A stretch of 64,000 bases of DNA from positions 1-64,000 of the IMG/VR virus record IMGVR_UViG_3300021964_000024. The stretch is one strand, 5' to 3'. Both the position numbers and the translations under genes were made by a program. Positions within the stretch are counted from its first letter, which is position 1, and every line of letters starts with the position of its first letter. Shown piece by piece: positions 47,836 through 57,302 of this stretch. This stretch comes from a virus. The notes beneath the pieces are model-generated. The model did not search any database, was not told the DNA's origin, and saw only the letters and a program-made list of their open reading frames with translations.

Positions 47836-48542
47836 TATGTCGTTGTTGTGGATTCGTCTCCACTAACCCTCGTGTAGTATGGGTGTATTACCCTAAGCCA
47901 TGGGAACAGTTCCCGACACATGTATGCGTCATTAGGAAACATTCCATAATCTCTAACTCTATCTAGTAGTTCTTTAGCACCCGCAGGTTCGATGTAGTAC
48001 GCAGAGTTACCCGCAAGTCCTTGTGGTACAGGATCCTCTCCTGCTTCAACTACTCTTGGTACTGGTTGAATACCACCCAACATTTGACTATGATATTGGT
48101 ATGATCTTCGAGTCGCACCACGTGGATCATTCAGTCCTATGACTTTATGTCCCTTGAACGTCTCTAGGTCATCATCGGGTCTACGAATAAACCTTGCATC
48201 TGCTTCACATACGATTCTAGGTTCGTCCTTAGTAACACAGTCATCCCACTGCAACATGTGACTGAGTGAACATGCAACCTTTTTCTTTTGGTCTGCAGCC
48301 CTGTATGCGAACTTGTATAGTCCTGTTTGTAAATCAAGACCGTTCTGATCTTCGGACACCGGCCAGTTCCATCTGAAATTTGACCGATTGAAGTATTTGA
48401 ATTCCATCATCGATGAGTCAATGGTATCTGGTACAACCGCATCAACTACAACAGGTGTCAGTCCACTCTTAACGGCGAACAGACTATTGATTAGAAATTT
48501 TTCAGTTTGGATCTTAGGGATCCTTATGATGTAGACATTCAT
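47835..48542 (-). CDS. GT25-like glycosyltransferase
   Basis: ACSLSH..W, VCEAD, GNSAYYIEPAGA; start taken at MNVYIIRI. Confidence 0.75.
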   Translation of the reverse strand: MNVYIIRIPKIQTEKFLINSLFAVKSGLTPVVVDAVVPDTIDSSMMEFKYFNRSNFRWNWPVSEDQNGLDLQTGLYKFAYRAADQKKKVACSLSHMLQWDDCVTKDEPRIVCEADARFIRRPDDDLETFKGHKVIGLNDPRGATRRSYQYHSQMLGGIQPVPRVVEAGEDPVPQGLAGNSAYYIEPAGAKELLDRVRDYGMFPNDAYMCRELFPWLRVIHPYYTRVSGDESTTTT

Positions 48543-49330
48543 ATAGACTTGAATAGTTCCTCTACGTTCTCGCCTTGTTCTGGTAACAAGTCTTTCAAAA
48601 AGAAGTGCACGAAGTGACACTCTTCAATTTTAGTATTCGCACCGTACAGACCATTCCATTTCCAGTCCATATGTTGTACAGGTACGTCATACTTCTTGAG
48701 GAAGTAGTTCAATAAAGTCTGATCAGTAGACCACTTCCATGCACCAATACCATCCACAAAGTCCTTGAACTCCATGCGGTTAATAAATTCTTTTGCAGTA
48801 TCGTCTTTCAGATACGGTTTGAAGTTTTGACAGTTGATCACCATCATTCCCATGTTCGCAAACTCAAACCCAAGGTTAGTGGGACTGAAGTCTGTCTGGT
48901 TCGAGTGAAGTTGTCCATACTGCATACGAGAGTAGGTGACTATCTTCTGTTGGTACGCAGGAGTAATGGGCATCTCCCTTTCGTACACACACCCAAACGC
49001 AACGTCTGGATCGATTGCATCAAAGATGTTAGGTGCATCCGGACGAATGTAGATATCCGCATCGATGATTGCGATCTGATCAAACTCATCTAGTAAATTG
49101 AACGCATTCTCTTTCTCGTAGATAGGGAGAAACCCACCATGCTTCATCCAACTATCCGTTGAACGATTGCTAGTGAAAGGATCGGGTTTGATCTTGAGAA
49201 TCCCGTTGCGTTGTACATGTTGCTTCAAGTTGTGCTTCTTAGAATAGTCGCACACACTATCGATGCACTTCTTGTACAATTTACTGTCGCCCTGTCTACC
49301 CAGAGCGACCTGATATATTAATCGTCGCAT
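48539..49330 (-). CDS. GT-A glycosyltransferase (GT8/GT34-like)
   Basis: IIDADIYI, NMGMMV, DQTLLN, WKWN, FVHF. Confidence 0.8.
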   Translation of the reverse strand: MRRLIYQVALGRQGDSKLYKKCIDSVCDYSKKHNLKQHVQRNGILKIKPDPFTSNRSTDSWMKHGGFLPIYEKENAFNLLDEFDQIAIIDADIYIRPDAPNIFDAIDPDVAFGCVYEREMPITPAYQQKIVTYSRMQYGQLHSNQTDFSPTNLGFEFANMGMMVINCQNFKPYLKDDTAKEFINRMEFKDFVDGIGAWKWSTDQTLLNYFLKKYDVPVQHMDWKWNGLYGANTKIEECHFVHFFLKDLLPEQGENVEELFKSI

Positions 49331-49560
49331 TAGTGGATCTTTTCTATCTGATAGTCAAATGGGGCAACAGTCTTGATTTCAAAACTATTACCGTCCGTCT
49401 TCACTCCAACTAAGTGAGTGGGTTTCTTCGTGGTGATCTTCTTCAGATGATAGACACGCTTGGTTGTCTTAGGATCAAACTGCGTTCCACCCTTGTACCA
49501 AACGGTTACCACAAACTCTTCAGTGAACCAGTCCAACCATAACTTGCGTAACCAACCCAT
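49330..49560 (-). CDS. Hypothetical protein
   Basis: 76 aa with a GAGG SD. Confidence 0.55.
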   Translation of the reverse strand: MGWLRKLWLDWFTEEFVVTVWYKGGTQFDPKTTKRVYHLKKITTKKPTHLVGVKTDGNSFEIKTVAPFDYQIEKIH

Positions 49561-49651
49561 GATTCAGTCCTCTGAAGTTAATGCAACATACATCATTGTA
49601 ATTGCTGCACATACAGATACCACTAAAATACCAGCTAAAACAGTTTCCATG

Positions 49652-49897
49652 TTATCTCCTACTATATTTACTTCTACCCTCGTTCAGTAGTTTGAACTTG
49701 GATAGTTTCTTCTTTCTCTTTAATTTAGCGTTTGCAGTATTCTTGATTTCGTTCGGTTTGACATGGAACTGTCTCTTCCTACACTCTGTCACGACTCCCG
49801 CTCTATTTACTGCACGAGACCATCTTCTTAACATCTTGTCAAACGATTCCTCGTACTTCCCTTTATATCCAACTCTTTTTGGTTCTACTCTTGGCAT
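49652..49897 (-). CDS. rpsU: Ribosomal protein bS21 homolog
   Basis: ESFDKMLRRWSRAVNRAGVVTECRKRQFHVKP matches the bS21 core. Confidence 0.85.
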   Translation of the reverse strand: MPRVEPKRVGYKGKYEESFDKMLRRWSRAVNRAGVVTECRKRQFHVKPNEIKNTANAKLKRKKKLSKFKLLNEGRSKYSRR

Positions 49898-49908
49898 GTT
49901 CCTCCTAG

Positions 49909-50910
49909 TTAAAGTGCATTAATATCTCTATAATCATTGAGATCGAACGCAGTGCCGATCATCTTATGGAGATCTCTATTATGATTAGTATACACTAAAA
50001 CTTCGGGATCGTCAAGCAAAAAGTCACAACTTTTACAATAATCTGGATAATTCTTAGTTCTGTGTCCCTCTCTTAGTGCAGAGTATTCAGGGCCACGAAT
50101 GATTTCTTCTATGGTATTGACTGACGTATGACCAAGTACAGCTTCTTCATCACGCCCCAAGACTTGACAACAAGGATGAACAGCACCACGGTGACCGTCC
50201 ATTCCGCCAGCACGTATAACAACGTCTGGACTAAAAGGTCTTCCACAAGTTTTTACCTCTCCCTTTCTGGCGTTCTTGCCGATATCCCATGCACCAGACC
50301 AGTTATGCATTTTCCATATCTCAGTCTTAACACCTAGTTCCTCGACCAACGCTTTGTATTGTTCTAGTTCTTGTTCTATGTTATCGTTATCAGTTATGAG
50401 ATGATACGTCTCTACAACACAATCAGATCCAGACTCCTTGACATACGCAACCATCTCTTCGATGTTCTTCTTGATCAAATGATAGTTACTACCTCTTGTG
50501 TTGTGCATCCATTTGTCATAGAGTTCTGGGGTGGGGCCAATGAAAGAGAATCTAAAAAAGTCTAGTCCTGCATCAACACAATCTCTCATGAACTGACCCT
50601 GCATCTTGAATCCGTTCGAGAAGATGACCGCCTGTGCATTGTACTTCTTTACGATCTTGATGTATTCGGGTAGGTTACGATTGATCGTTGCCTCACCAGA
50701 ACCATCTAGGTTAACTACTCGCAGTCCGTGTTGTGCACAGTCTGCAACGTTATCCTCGAAGTCCAATAGGTTCATCTTACCTATAAAGTTCTTGTGTCTT
50801 CCTCCAGTTCGTTTGTCCTGTGGACACATTGTACAATCGAAATTACATCCCCCTTGTATTTCGATAACTGCTCTATCTATCTTGATAGAATTGTCTACAC
50901 CTTTGCTCAT
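49909..50910 (-). CDS. Radical SAM enzyme with a SPASM/twitch domain
   Basis: CNFDCTMC; C-terminal CGRPF...HPCC...CKSC. Confidence 0.88.
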   Translation of the reverse strand: MSKGVDNSIKIDRAVIEIQGGCNFDCTMCPQDKRTGGRHKNFIGKMNLLDFEDNVADCAQHGLRVVNLDGSGEATINRNLPEYIKIVKKYNAQAVIFSNGFKMQGQFMRDCVDAGLDFFRFSFIGPTPELYDKWMHNTRGSNYHLIKKNIEEMVAYVKESGSDCVVETYHLITDNDNIEQELEQYKALVEELGVKTEIWKMHNWSGAWDIGKNARKGEVKTCGRPFSPDVVIRAGGMDGHRGAVHPCCQVLGRDEEAVLGHTSVNTIEEIIRGPEYSALREGHRTKNYPDYCKSCDFLLDDPEVLVYTNHNRDLHKMIGTAFDLNDYRDINAL

Positions 50911-51736
50911 ATTCTATTGCTCGTTTTTTACTTGAACCTAACATCTCAGATAGGTTGTTCATCCAGTAATATATATTACGTGGGTTATCCTCTTCTGCGT
51001 CAGTCTTAACGCAGTGTGGTGTATGGTAATTAGTAATACCCTCAGTACTCAAAATCACCATCGGTGTTTGAAAGTTACGGGCAATGTAATGCCACATACC
51101 ATCATAACACACTACTTGTCTACACGTTGATATGTGATAGAACGCTTCTGATATAGGTGTTCTATATGTCAGTTCAACGGTATATAATCCTGCCTGACGC
51201 ATTAAGCTTATTATATCATCCCATTGCTCATGTGTCAAGACCCTTTTCCAAGTTCTTGGTTGTTCTGCATTGAAGGTAGGTCTCCAGACTACTACCTTTC
51301 TTTTGTCTATTACTCTAGGGACATCTCGAAAGATCCAGTCGGGGAATGGTGCGTTACCACCCTCTCTATCGTCGTATACCCCTGACTGAAAAAAGAATCT
51401 ATTTTTATGACCACGATTGATTGCTGCTATACGTAAGGTTCCATCATCTTCTCTTACGAAGTCATCTGCAAATTTCCAATCACTGTATCGTGTAGTTTGT
51501 CCATATACATGCCTCACCTGAACATCATCTTTTCTATAATAGAAATTGTGCATGTACTCCAATCGTTCTATGATTGTTTCCGGATCTTCGAAGTGGTGTA
51601 GGTGATGCTCGTCGTGTTCCCAGTGAAACTCCAGTACTACTTTCTTCTTGTATTCATAACAATAGTTATGGACACAGTTAAGTGCCCACATGAAGTCACC
51701 TACACCAGGCGTACCTCTCCAAGTTACATATTCCAT
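50873..51736 (-). CDS. GT-B-like (GT9/GT11-type) glycosyltransferase-like protein
   Basis: GVGDFMW, RTWKR...W, CYDGMWHYIA..FQTP. Confidence 0.5.
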   Translation of the reverse strand: MEYVTWRGTPGVGDFMWALNCVHNYCYEYKKKVVLEFHWEHDEHHLHHFEDPETIIERLEYMHNFYYRKDDVQVRHVYGQTTRYSDWKFADDFVREDDGTLRIAAINRGHKNRFFFQSGVYDDREGGNAPFPDWIFRDVPRVIDKRKVVVWRPTFNAEQPRTWKRVLTHEQWDDIISLMRQAGLYTVELTYRTPISEAFYHISTCRQVVCYDGMWHYIARNFQTPMVILSTEGITNYHTPHCVKTDAEEDNPRNIYYWMNNLSEMLGSSKKRAIEYEQRCRQFYQDR

Positions 51737-51744
51737 TCATCACC

Positions 51745-52215
51745 TTATACACTGGTTATCAACACTACGGTTCCTCCGATAATAAACGCAGAAATTACCA
51801 CCGCCGCCAGTATTGCAATACCATCTTCAAATGCCGCTTTACGATCCGCAGCTTCTTTTGCCGCTTGGATCCTCCGTTGACGTATCACACGTCTCTCTTT
51901 CATCATCTCATCGTAGAAGTCTGATTGTCCGGTATAGATTAAGAAATCCTTGAGTTCCTGTTCCATTTGTGCAATTTTACGTCGAGCAGCAGTCACTTGT
52001 AGTGCTTCTGCTTCGACACTGTTACCGGCAAACAACTTCTTTACTCTTGAGTGTGTTGCACCTTTTATCGCTTCCTCAGATATCTGCTCTTTTGCGTCAA
52101 AGAATCGGGCGAAATAGTTATATAGGTCTTCTGCTTCTCGACCTGACTCTACCGCCCTTTTAATCATGTTAAATGCAGATCCGGCAAGCGACAATGCCGC
52201 TCCGATCTCTACCAT
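51745..52215 (-). CDS. Membrane-anchored helical protein
   Basis: C-terminal TM segment. Confidence 0.6.
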   Translation of the reverse strand: MVEIGAALSLAGSAFNMIKRAVESGREAEDLYNYFARFFDAKEQISEEAIKGATHSRVKKLFAGNSVEAEALQVTAARRKIAQMEQELKDFLIYTGQSDFYDEMMKERRVIRQRRIQAAKEAADRKAAFEDGIAILAAVVISAFIIGGTVVLITSV

Positions 52216-52225
52216 GATTATTTAC

Positions 52226-52555
52226 CTACTTTTTACCTGACCATGCTTGAGCACCAAAGAACGCTGCTACGATACCTGCAACTGCAATGAAGTAAACTCC
52301 TGCCATGTCACCCAGTATGTCTGCCGCTTTCTCTAGACCTGTTAAATTTGCACTCACCACGAGTACGGGATACAATAACATACCCCACAGCGAGAACCAT
52401 GCCATGGAACGCTGTGCGTCACGCATTGCATCTGCGTCTTCGAGTTCTTTACGTTTAAACTCCAAGTACATCGCCTCTTCTTCTTTAGAGACTTTACCGT
52501 CTCCGTTTGTGTCAGCAGGGTGGTGTCCCGCTGCCTTGATCTCTTCTTCTGACAT
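52226..52555 (-). CDS. EF-hand plus two-TM membrane protein (holin candidate)
   Basis: DTNGDGKVSKEE loop; two hydrophobic helices. Confidence 0.55.
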   Translation of the reverse strand: MSEEEIKAAGHHPADTNGDGKVSKEEEAMYLEFKRKELEDADAMRDAQRSMAWFSLWGMLLYPVLVVSANLTGLEKAADILGDMAGVYFIAVAGIVAAFFGAQAWSGKK

Positions 52556-52584
52556 ATTGAATATCCTTTGTAATTTTGATTATA

Positions 52585-53106
52585 CTATTCATTATGTAAA
52601 AGACTGCCTGACATATTCAAATTGAATCCTATAACAATTTTGTGTCCTTGGCAGTTTGGCCCTCTGTGTGGTAACATTGATGGAAAAACCACCAAGTCAC
52701 CTATGTGCAAAACCATGTCTACAAACCCCATCAACTGTGTTGAGTTCTCTGGTAACCCATGAACTTGTAACACTGCAGACAAATTCGTTCCCTCATGTGT
52801 ATGCCACTCAAAGTTGTTCCCCTCGTTGTACTCGGCAAACCACATACTTTCAACCTTAATCCTAGAACATTGCCATTGGTTAGCATAGTTCGTAAGGGCA
52901 GGTTGTATTAATTTAATAGCCTCATCCCAATACGGTGGTCTATAATTAATACCTTCCTTCCATGGAAGTTTGTAATCAGAGAATTGCATGTTCGCAAATG
53001 AACAATCATGCTCTGACTTCACCTTCGTCATTTCCTTCGTCAGATGTTCCTTGAATGCAAAGAACTCTCTTGGTGGAAATGTATAACGTTTAATAAACTG
53101 ATTCAA
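52585..53106 (-). CDS. 2OG-Fe(II) oxygenase-like (HxH type)
   Basis: WHTHEG.NLSAV, VFPSMLPHR. Confidence 0.7.
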   Translation of the reverse strand: MNQFIKRYTFPPREFFAFKEHLTKEMTKVKSEHDCSFANMQFSDYKLPWKEGINYRPPYWDEAIKLIQPALTNYANQWQCSRIKVESMWFAEYNEGNNFEWHTHEGTNLSAVLQVHGLPENSTQLMGFVDMVLHIGDLVVFPSMLPHRGPNCQGHKIVIGFNLNMSGSLLHNE

Positions 53107-54602
53107 AATACTTTAACACCGTATTTATTTTCAAACAATTCAGCATCATGTTCGTCGTTGACCATAGGTCTTCCACGAATGTTCAAACTGGTATTTAGTA
53201 ACATCGGAACCCCTGTACGTTCGTAGTATTCCTCAATTACCTTCCTAAAGACCGATTCACAGTCCTGACGGACTATTTGTACTCGTGCAGTTCCATCTAC
53301 GTGAGTAACCGAATCATAGTCATGAAGTGCCTTTGACGTGTACTGCATGTACTCGTTCATTGGCCCCTCGAAGTATTTATACGCATATTCTTCTAGAACT
53401 GCAGGTGCAAAGGGACGATATTTTTGTCTGCGTTTGATCTCATTCACAGTGTCCTGTACATCATAACGTACATCTGCGATCAGAGATCTATTACCCAGTG
53501 CACGTGGCCCAAACTCTGCCTTACCGTTCGCTATACCACATACCCTATGTTCTAAGAGGTGATCAACTACTTCTCTTGGATTGATCTCTCGTTCAATGTT
53601 GTAACCCATGTAAGGTGTCCAAATCAACTGATCTTGATCGGTCAACCTTGACCAAGACAGTGCGGCAGCACCCAGAGAAGATCCTGCGTCTGTAGGTGAG
53701 ATTGCAATGTGAACGTCTTCGAACAATTCGAAGAGTCTTGAATTGATAACAACATTTTGTGCACATCCACCAGAGTAGACCAGTTTCTTACCATAAAGTG
53801 ATGCGGTTCTCATGATCTGCATGATGGCATATTCTGCGAACTTTTGTACCCCTGCCGCAAAGTCTTCTTTACTGTATTTCGTAACGAAGACTTTTAACAT
53901 GGAACGAAGGTTCTCATACTCCGGATTACCTTTATCGGGAAAGTCGATTTTCTGCTTCTTTTCAATACGAGGATTAATGTCACCTGTATGTTCCCACCAG
54001 TTGACTAGTTTTGACCAGATCTCTTCGGGTGCTTGACCATAGGAAGCAAGTCCCATAGTCACGTATTCGTCTTCTAGTGGACGTAAACCTAACAGACGTG
54101 TTGCGGTAGTGTACACCAACCCTACTGACTTAGGGTAGTGATATTCTTTGATGAGGTTGAAATTGTTGTCGTAGATAGTTGCGGTTTGGAATTCACCTAC
54201 ACCATCGATAGACACCATGACAGTCGTATCACGGTCTTTCCATGGACGGGTAAAGAATGCGGATGCACAATGACTCTTATGATGTTCATAATTGGCATCA
54301 TAATAGATACTATCATAGACAGGGATCTGTTCGTGTGCGGTAATAGAATTCCCTGTGTGTAGGGGATTCTTAGTTTGATCCTTTCTATAGGTCTTCTTCC
54401 ACTCTACGTTTTCGTAGAATGAGAAGTGATCATCATTAGTAGTATAATCCCAGAGATTTTCTGGAATCACCGGATCATTTTTCTTCTTAGTAAATCTCTC
54501 TGCATGAGAGGCAAACTCTATCGTACCGTCCGAATTGACAATAGATAAAGCTGCATCGTGATAGTATTCACTAAACCCAACGTACCTCATAAAAAACTCC
54601 AC
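53103..54602 (-). CDS. Carbamoyltransferase (NodU/CmcH family)
   Basis: YHDAA, EHHKSH, DGVGE, SGGCAQN, EFGPRALGNRS, RPFAP, HVDGTARVQ, LLNTSLN. Confidence 0.93.
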   Translation of the reverse strand: MEFFMRYVGFSEYYHDAALSIVNSDGTIEFASHAERFTKKKNDPVIPENLWDYTTNDDHFSFYENVEWKKTYRKDQTKNPLHTGNSITAHEQIPVYDSIYYDANYEHHKSHCASAFFTRPWKDRDTTVMVSIDGVGEFQTATIYDNNFNLIKEYHYPKSVGLVYTTATRLLGLRPLEDEYVTMGLASYGQAPEEIWSKLVNWWEHTGDINPRIEKKQKIDFPDKGNPEYENLRSMLKVFVTKYSKEDFAAGVQKFAEYAIMQIMRTASLYGKKLVYSGGCAQNVVINSRLFELFEDVHIAISPTDAGSSLGAAALSWSRLTDQDQLIWTPYMGYNIEREINPREVVDHLLEHRVCGIANGKAEFGPRALGNRSLIADVRYDVQDTVNEIKRRQKYRPFAPAVLEEYAYKYFEGPMNEYMQYTSKALHDYDSVTHVDGTARVQIVRQDCESVFRKVIEEYYERTGVPMLLNTSLNIRGRPMVNDEHDAELFENKYGVKVF

Positions 54603-54619
54603 TTAGTTAGCGAAGTTAT

Positions 54620-55195
54620 TTATCCAGTAATTATCTCGTAGAGTTCTTTCCAGTTCTTGACTCTAGGGATACCGTGATCTCCTGTATTGAAGTCGTGTGC
54701 AATCAAGTGTGAATTGAGACCCAAGTTCTTACCAACTGTTGCGTTCTCAACTTTATCTTCGATCCAGTAACAACCCGTACCTTCGTACTCTTTGAGGATC
54801 TCATCCTTGTCTGCACCAGTATCTAGGTACACATATCTCTCGAACGCAGTCTTACCGAATAACTCAGTAAGGTTCTTGCATCTTAGATACTGTGCGTACT
54901 GGTCATTACTAAGACTGGTGATTGCGTGAAACACGTAACCATGTTCCTCATGAAGTTTTTTAATATACTTCATTGCGTCTCTGAGAGGTGGTATCTTTCT
55001 GATCCACGCACTCTCGTTGAACAATCTTACTAGTCTTTTTGCATAGGGTCTCTCTAACCCGTACTGGTCTGCGACATCATAGACAGTATCATCTACAATC
55101 TCGAAACCTTGTCTGTGCATCCACCCTCTCCAAGAGTGTTGCCAGTCTAGGACTACACCATCGCAGTCCGTAAGTATTACTTTTTCTTTCATCAT
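54620..55195 (-). CDS. HAD-family 5'(3')-nucleotidase-like
   Basis: LTDCDGVVLDW, ITS, WIEDK..N. Confidence 0.8.
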   Translation of the reverse strand: MMKEKVILTDCDGVVLDWQHSWRGWMHRQGFEIVDDTVYDVADQYGLERPYAKRLVRLFNESAWIRKIPPLRDAMKYIKKLHEEHGYVFHAITSLSNDQYAQYLRCKNLTELFGKTAFERYVYLDTGADKDEILKEYEGTGCYWIEDKVENATVGKNLGLNSHLIAHDFNTGDHGIPRVKNWKELYEIITG

Positions 55196-55404
55196 ATAGG
55201 TAATTCCATTTGTTTAGTATAACCTGCAATGGTGTCAGAGATGTTCTTCAGAACAATCTCTTTCTGTGCATCCCCTGCAAGTGCCCAATCTAGTTGGGTC
55301 TTCAAAACTCCATAACAGTACGCATAGTTCTTCGTACCGTTACCTTCCAACGAATGAGTCTTTGACTCTTCTTCAATTATTTCAAAATACTGATCTAAGC
55401 ACAT
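55192..55404 (-). CDS. Hypothetical protein
   Basis: 70 aa ORF within the operon. Confidence 0.55.
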   Translation of the reverse strand: MCLDQYFEIIEEESKTHSLEGNGTKNYAYCYGVLKTQLDWALAGDAQKEIVLKNISDTIAGYTKQMELPI

Positions 55405-55781
55405 AACGTCAATCCTGCATCAAGTTTCTCTGCAATCTCTATGATTGCTTTGGTGTGTTCCTCTCTGTAAGCAACCCATTCATGGTACTGACCAATCGGG
55501 TATTTTGCAGGAGGGGTTATTCCAGTAACATCGTTACTAGTCTCAAACTCTTCATAGTTTGAATACGGGTAGATGGCAAAGGTATCTGCCTTATCCTTGT
55601 GAACAAAGTCTTTAGGTCTGTCGTAACCAACCTTACTGTTTCCTCTGTACCTGACAGTGAACAATCTAGTCCTCATTAGTTCTTGGACTTTAGGGTGGTT
55701 TCTGTATTCCATTGGAATACCCTTGTAGAGACCTGACTCATAGTCGGGACATCTATAATCTTCTAATATCAAATTTTTCAT
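55395..55781 (-). CDS. Early hypothetical protein
   Basis: Start re-set to the ATG after the GTGAGG SD. Confidence 0.65.
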   Translation of the reverse strand: MKNLILEDYRCPDYESGLYKGIPMEYRNHPKVQELMRTRLFTVRYRGNSKVGYDRPKDFVHKDKADTFAIYPYSNYEEFETSNDVTGITPPAKYPIGQYHEWVAYREEHTKAIIEIAEKLDAGLTLCA

Positions 55782-55812
55782 AATTAACCTCACTTTTCTC
55801 AATTACATGTTA

Positions 55813-55860
55813 AGTATACATGTTTTTGAAACAAGTGTCAAGGGTTTTTTGAAAAAAAGT
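55813..55860 (-). promoter_or_regulatory. Early sigma70 promoter TTGACA-17-TATACT with UP-like tracts
   Basis: -35 at 55836-55841, -10 at 55813-55818; near-copy of the promoter at 63363-63410. Confidence 0.85.
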
Positions 55861-55884
55861 ATATATTTTTTATATATAATTTGA

Positions 55885-56709
55885 CTAAGCAAGTATCTTA
55901 AATTTACCTTCTTTGGCATGGCGTAACATATCGATTTTCCAACCACCACCAGTGTAGTGACACATCTTTGCCTTCTCAAAGAACTCATCTTCAGTGGCAT
56001 AATGGGGGGAGTCGTTCCATGTCTGATCCAGTGCTTCGGTGTTTAGATCGAAGTCGTGTTTGATCAACTGTCCAGATATGTACGGTTGATCATTCATCAC
56101 CGACATATGGAACTCTGGTTTTGCGTAGAACCATTCTGTCCAGTCCATGAATACCTCACGTGCACGTAGACGTGCCTCACGTGTCCATACGACAATACCT
56201 GTATTCAGGACAGTTAACTTAGATGGTCTACTAGGTGGTAGTGATGGGACAATAGGAATGTCGTGCATAGAGAACTTTGCAACAAAGTCTTGATATGTCT
56301 TTTCCTTGTAGTCCCAAGAGTTATACCCACCACCATTCGATGTGACGATATCACTCTCAAGTACACCAAAGACATCTCCGTCTTCACACAGATCAAAGAT
56401 GTTCTCTTCGGTGTTTACTACAATGTCGGTATCGGCAAATAACACCTTGTCATACTGGTCAAACATAGGATCATAGATAACCCTCAAACACTCAAACAAA
56501 AGAGCGTTTGCATGGTCATGTCCTGCAGTGTACACTTGCTCATCTGAGTAGAAGTACTCTGCATCAATAATATCAGCATACTCTAGAAAGGAACGTCGAG
56601 ATAAATCTGCTACCTCACGATAGACTTGACTTCTCTGTCTTCCCTCAATCTCTCCCCTTTCGTCTACATTAGGGTTGAGTACCATGTATTGAAATATCGC
56701 ATTTCTCAT
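55885..56709 (-). CDS. GT-A glycosyltransferase (GT8-like)
   Basis: LFADTDIV, LNTGIVV, NDQPY, WND, CHY. Confidence 0.8.
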   Translation of the reverse strand: MRNAIFQYMVLNPNVDERGEIEGRQRSQVYREVADLSRRSFLEYADIIDAEYFYSDEQVYTAGHDHANALLFECLRVIYDPMFDQYDKVLFADTDIVVNTEENIFDLCEDGDVFGVLESDIVTSNGGGYNSWDYKEKTYQDFVAKFSMHDIPIVPSLPPSRPSKLTVLNTGIVVWTREARLRAREVFMDWTEWFYAKPEFHMSVMNDQPYISGQLIKHDFDLNTEALDQTWNDSPHYATEDEFFEKAKMCHYTGGGWKIDMLRHAKEGKFKILA

Positions 56710-56839
56710 TGACAATCCTTTTATCACGGGATCTATTGTAATCAGATCCTCTCATTTTATACCCAGAATCAAACTTGGTTCGATTCTTATGACTGTTACG
56801 TTTCTTGTTTCTTGAATCGTGACGGGTGTATTTCGCCAT
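56669..56839 (-). CDS. Small basic protein (MAKYTRHDSRNKKR...)
   Basis: Hand-translated 56 aa. Confidence 0.5.
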   Translation of the reverse strand: MAKYTRHDSRNKKRNSHKNRTKFDSGYKMRGSDYNRSRDKRIVNEKCDISIHGTQP

Positions 56840-56850
56840 ATATTTAGACG

Positions 56851-57300
56851 TTAACTAACGTTCTCCAATCTAACCATTAACCGTTCTGCACGGTTAGTTA
56901 CCTGCCTGTGCCAGCGTGAATCACGTCCTTCCACGGCAGCCCTTTTCCAGTCACCCTCTTCGAGAGCGGCACGGAAATTCTTGAAACCACCCAGACGGGT
57001 GCGTCCCATGTTAAACATCATGTTGACCAATACCTGCTGGACTTCATCGGGCCATCCTTCAAACATTGAATCTCCGAATAAAGCATTGCACTCTGATATT
57101 GCAAGGTCAAGGTCGAGTTCGAAACACTCTCTGACTCTATCTTCTGATACGGGCGTTCCAACTGGTTCTCCGTGTTCAGGATCCGATTCAAGCACCAAGT
57201 GCCCGACTCCGAAAGTTTCATATCCAAGATGATCTTTGTATACTTCATATACAACCCCCTCATCTATCTTGAGTTGTTCAAATACTGCTTCTCTGTTCAT
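56851..57300 (-). CDS. T4-type lysozyme (GH24 endolysin)
   Basis: LKIDEG...YKDHLGYETFGVGH with the E/D/T catalytic triad; NMMFNMG; SRWHRQVTNRA. Confidence 0.92.
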   Translation of the reverse strand: MNREAVFEQLKIDEGVVYEVYKDHLGYETFGVGHLVLESDPEHGEPVGTPVSEDRVRECFELDLDLAISECNALFGDSMFEGWPDEVQQVLVNMMFNMGRTRLGGFKNFRAALEEGDWKRAAVEGRDSRWHRQVTNRAERLMVRLENVS

Positions 57301-57302
57301 TT

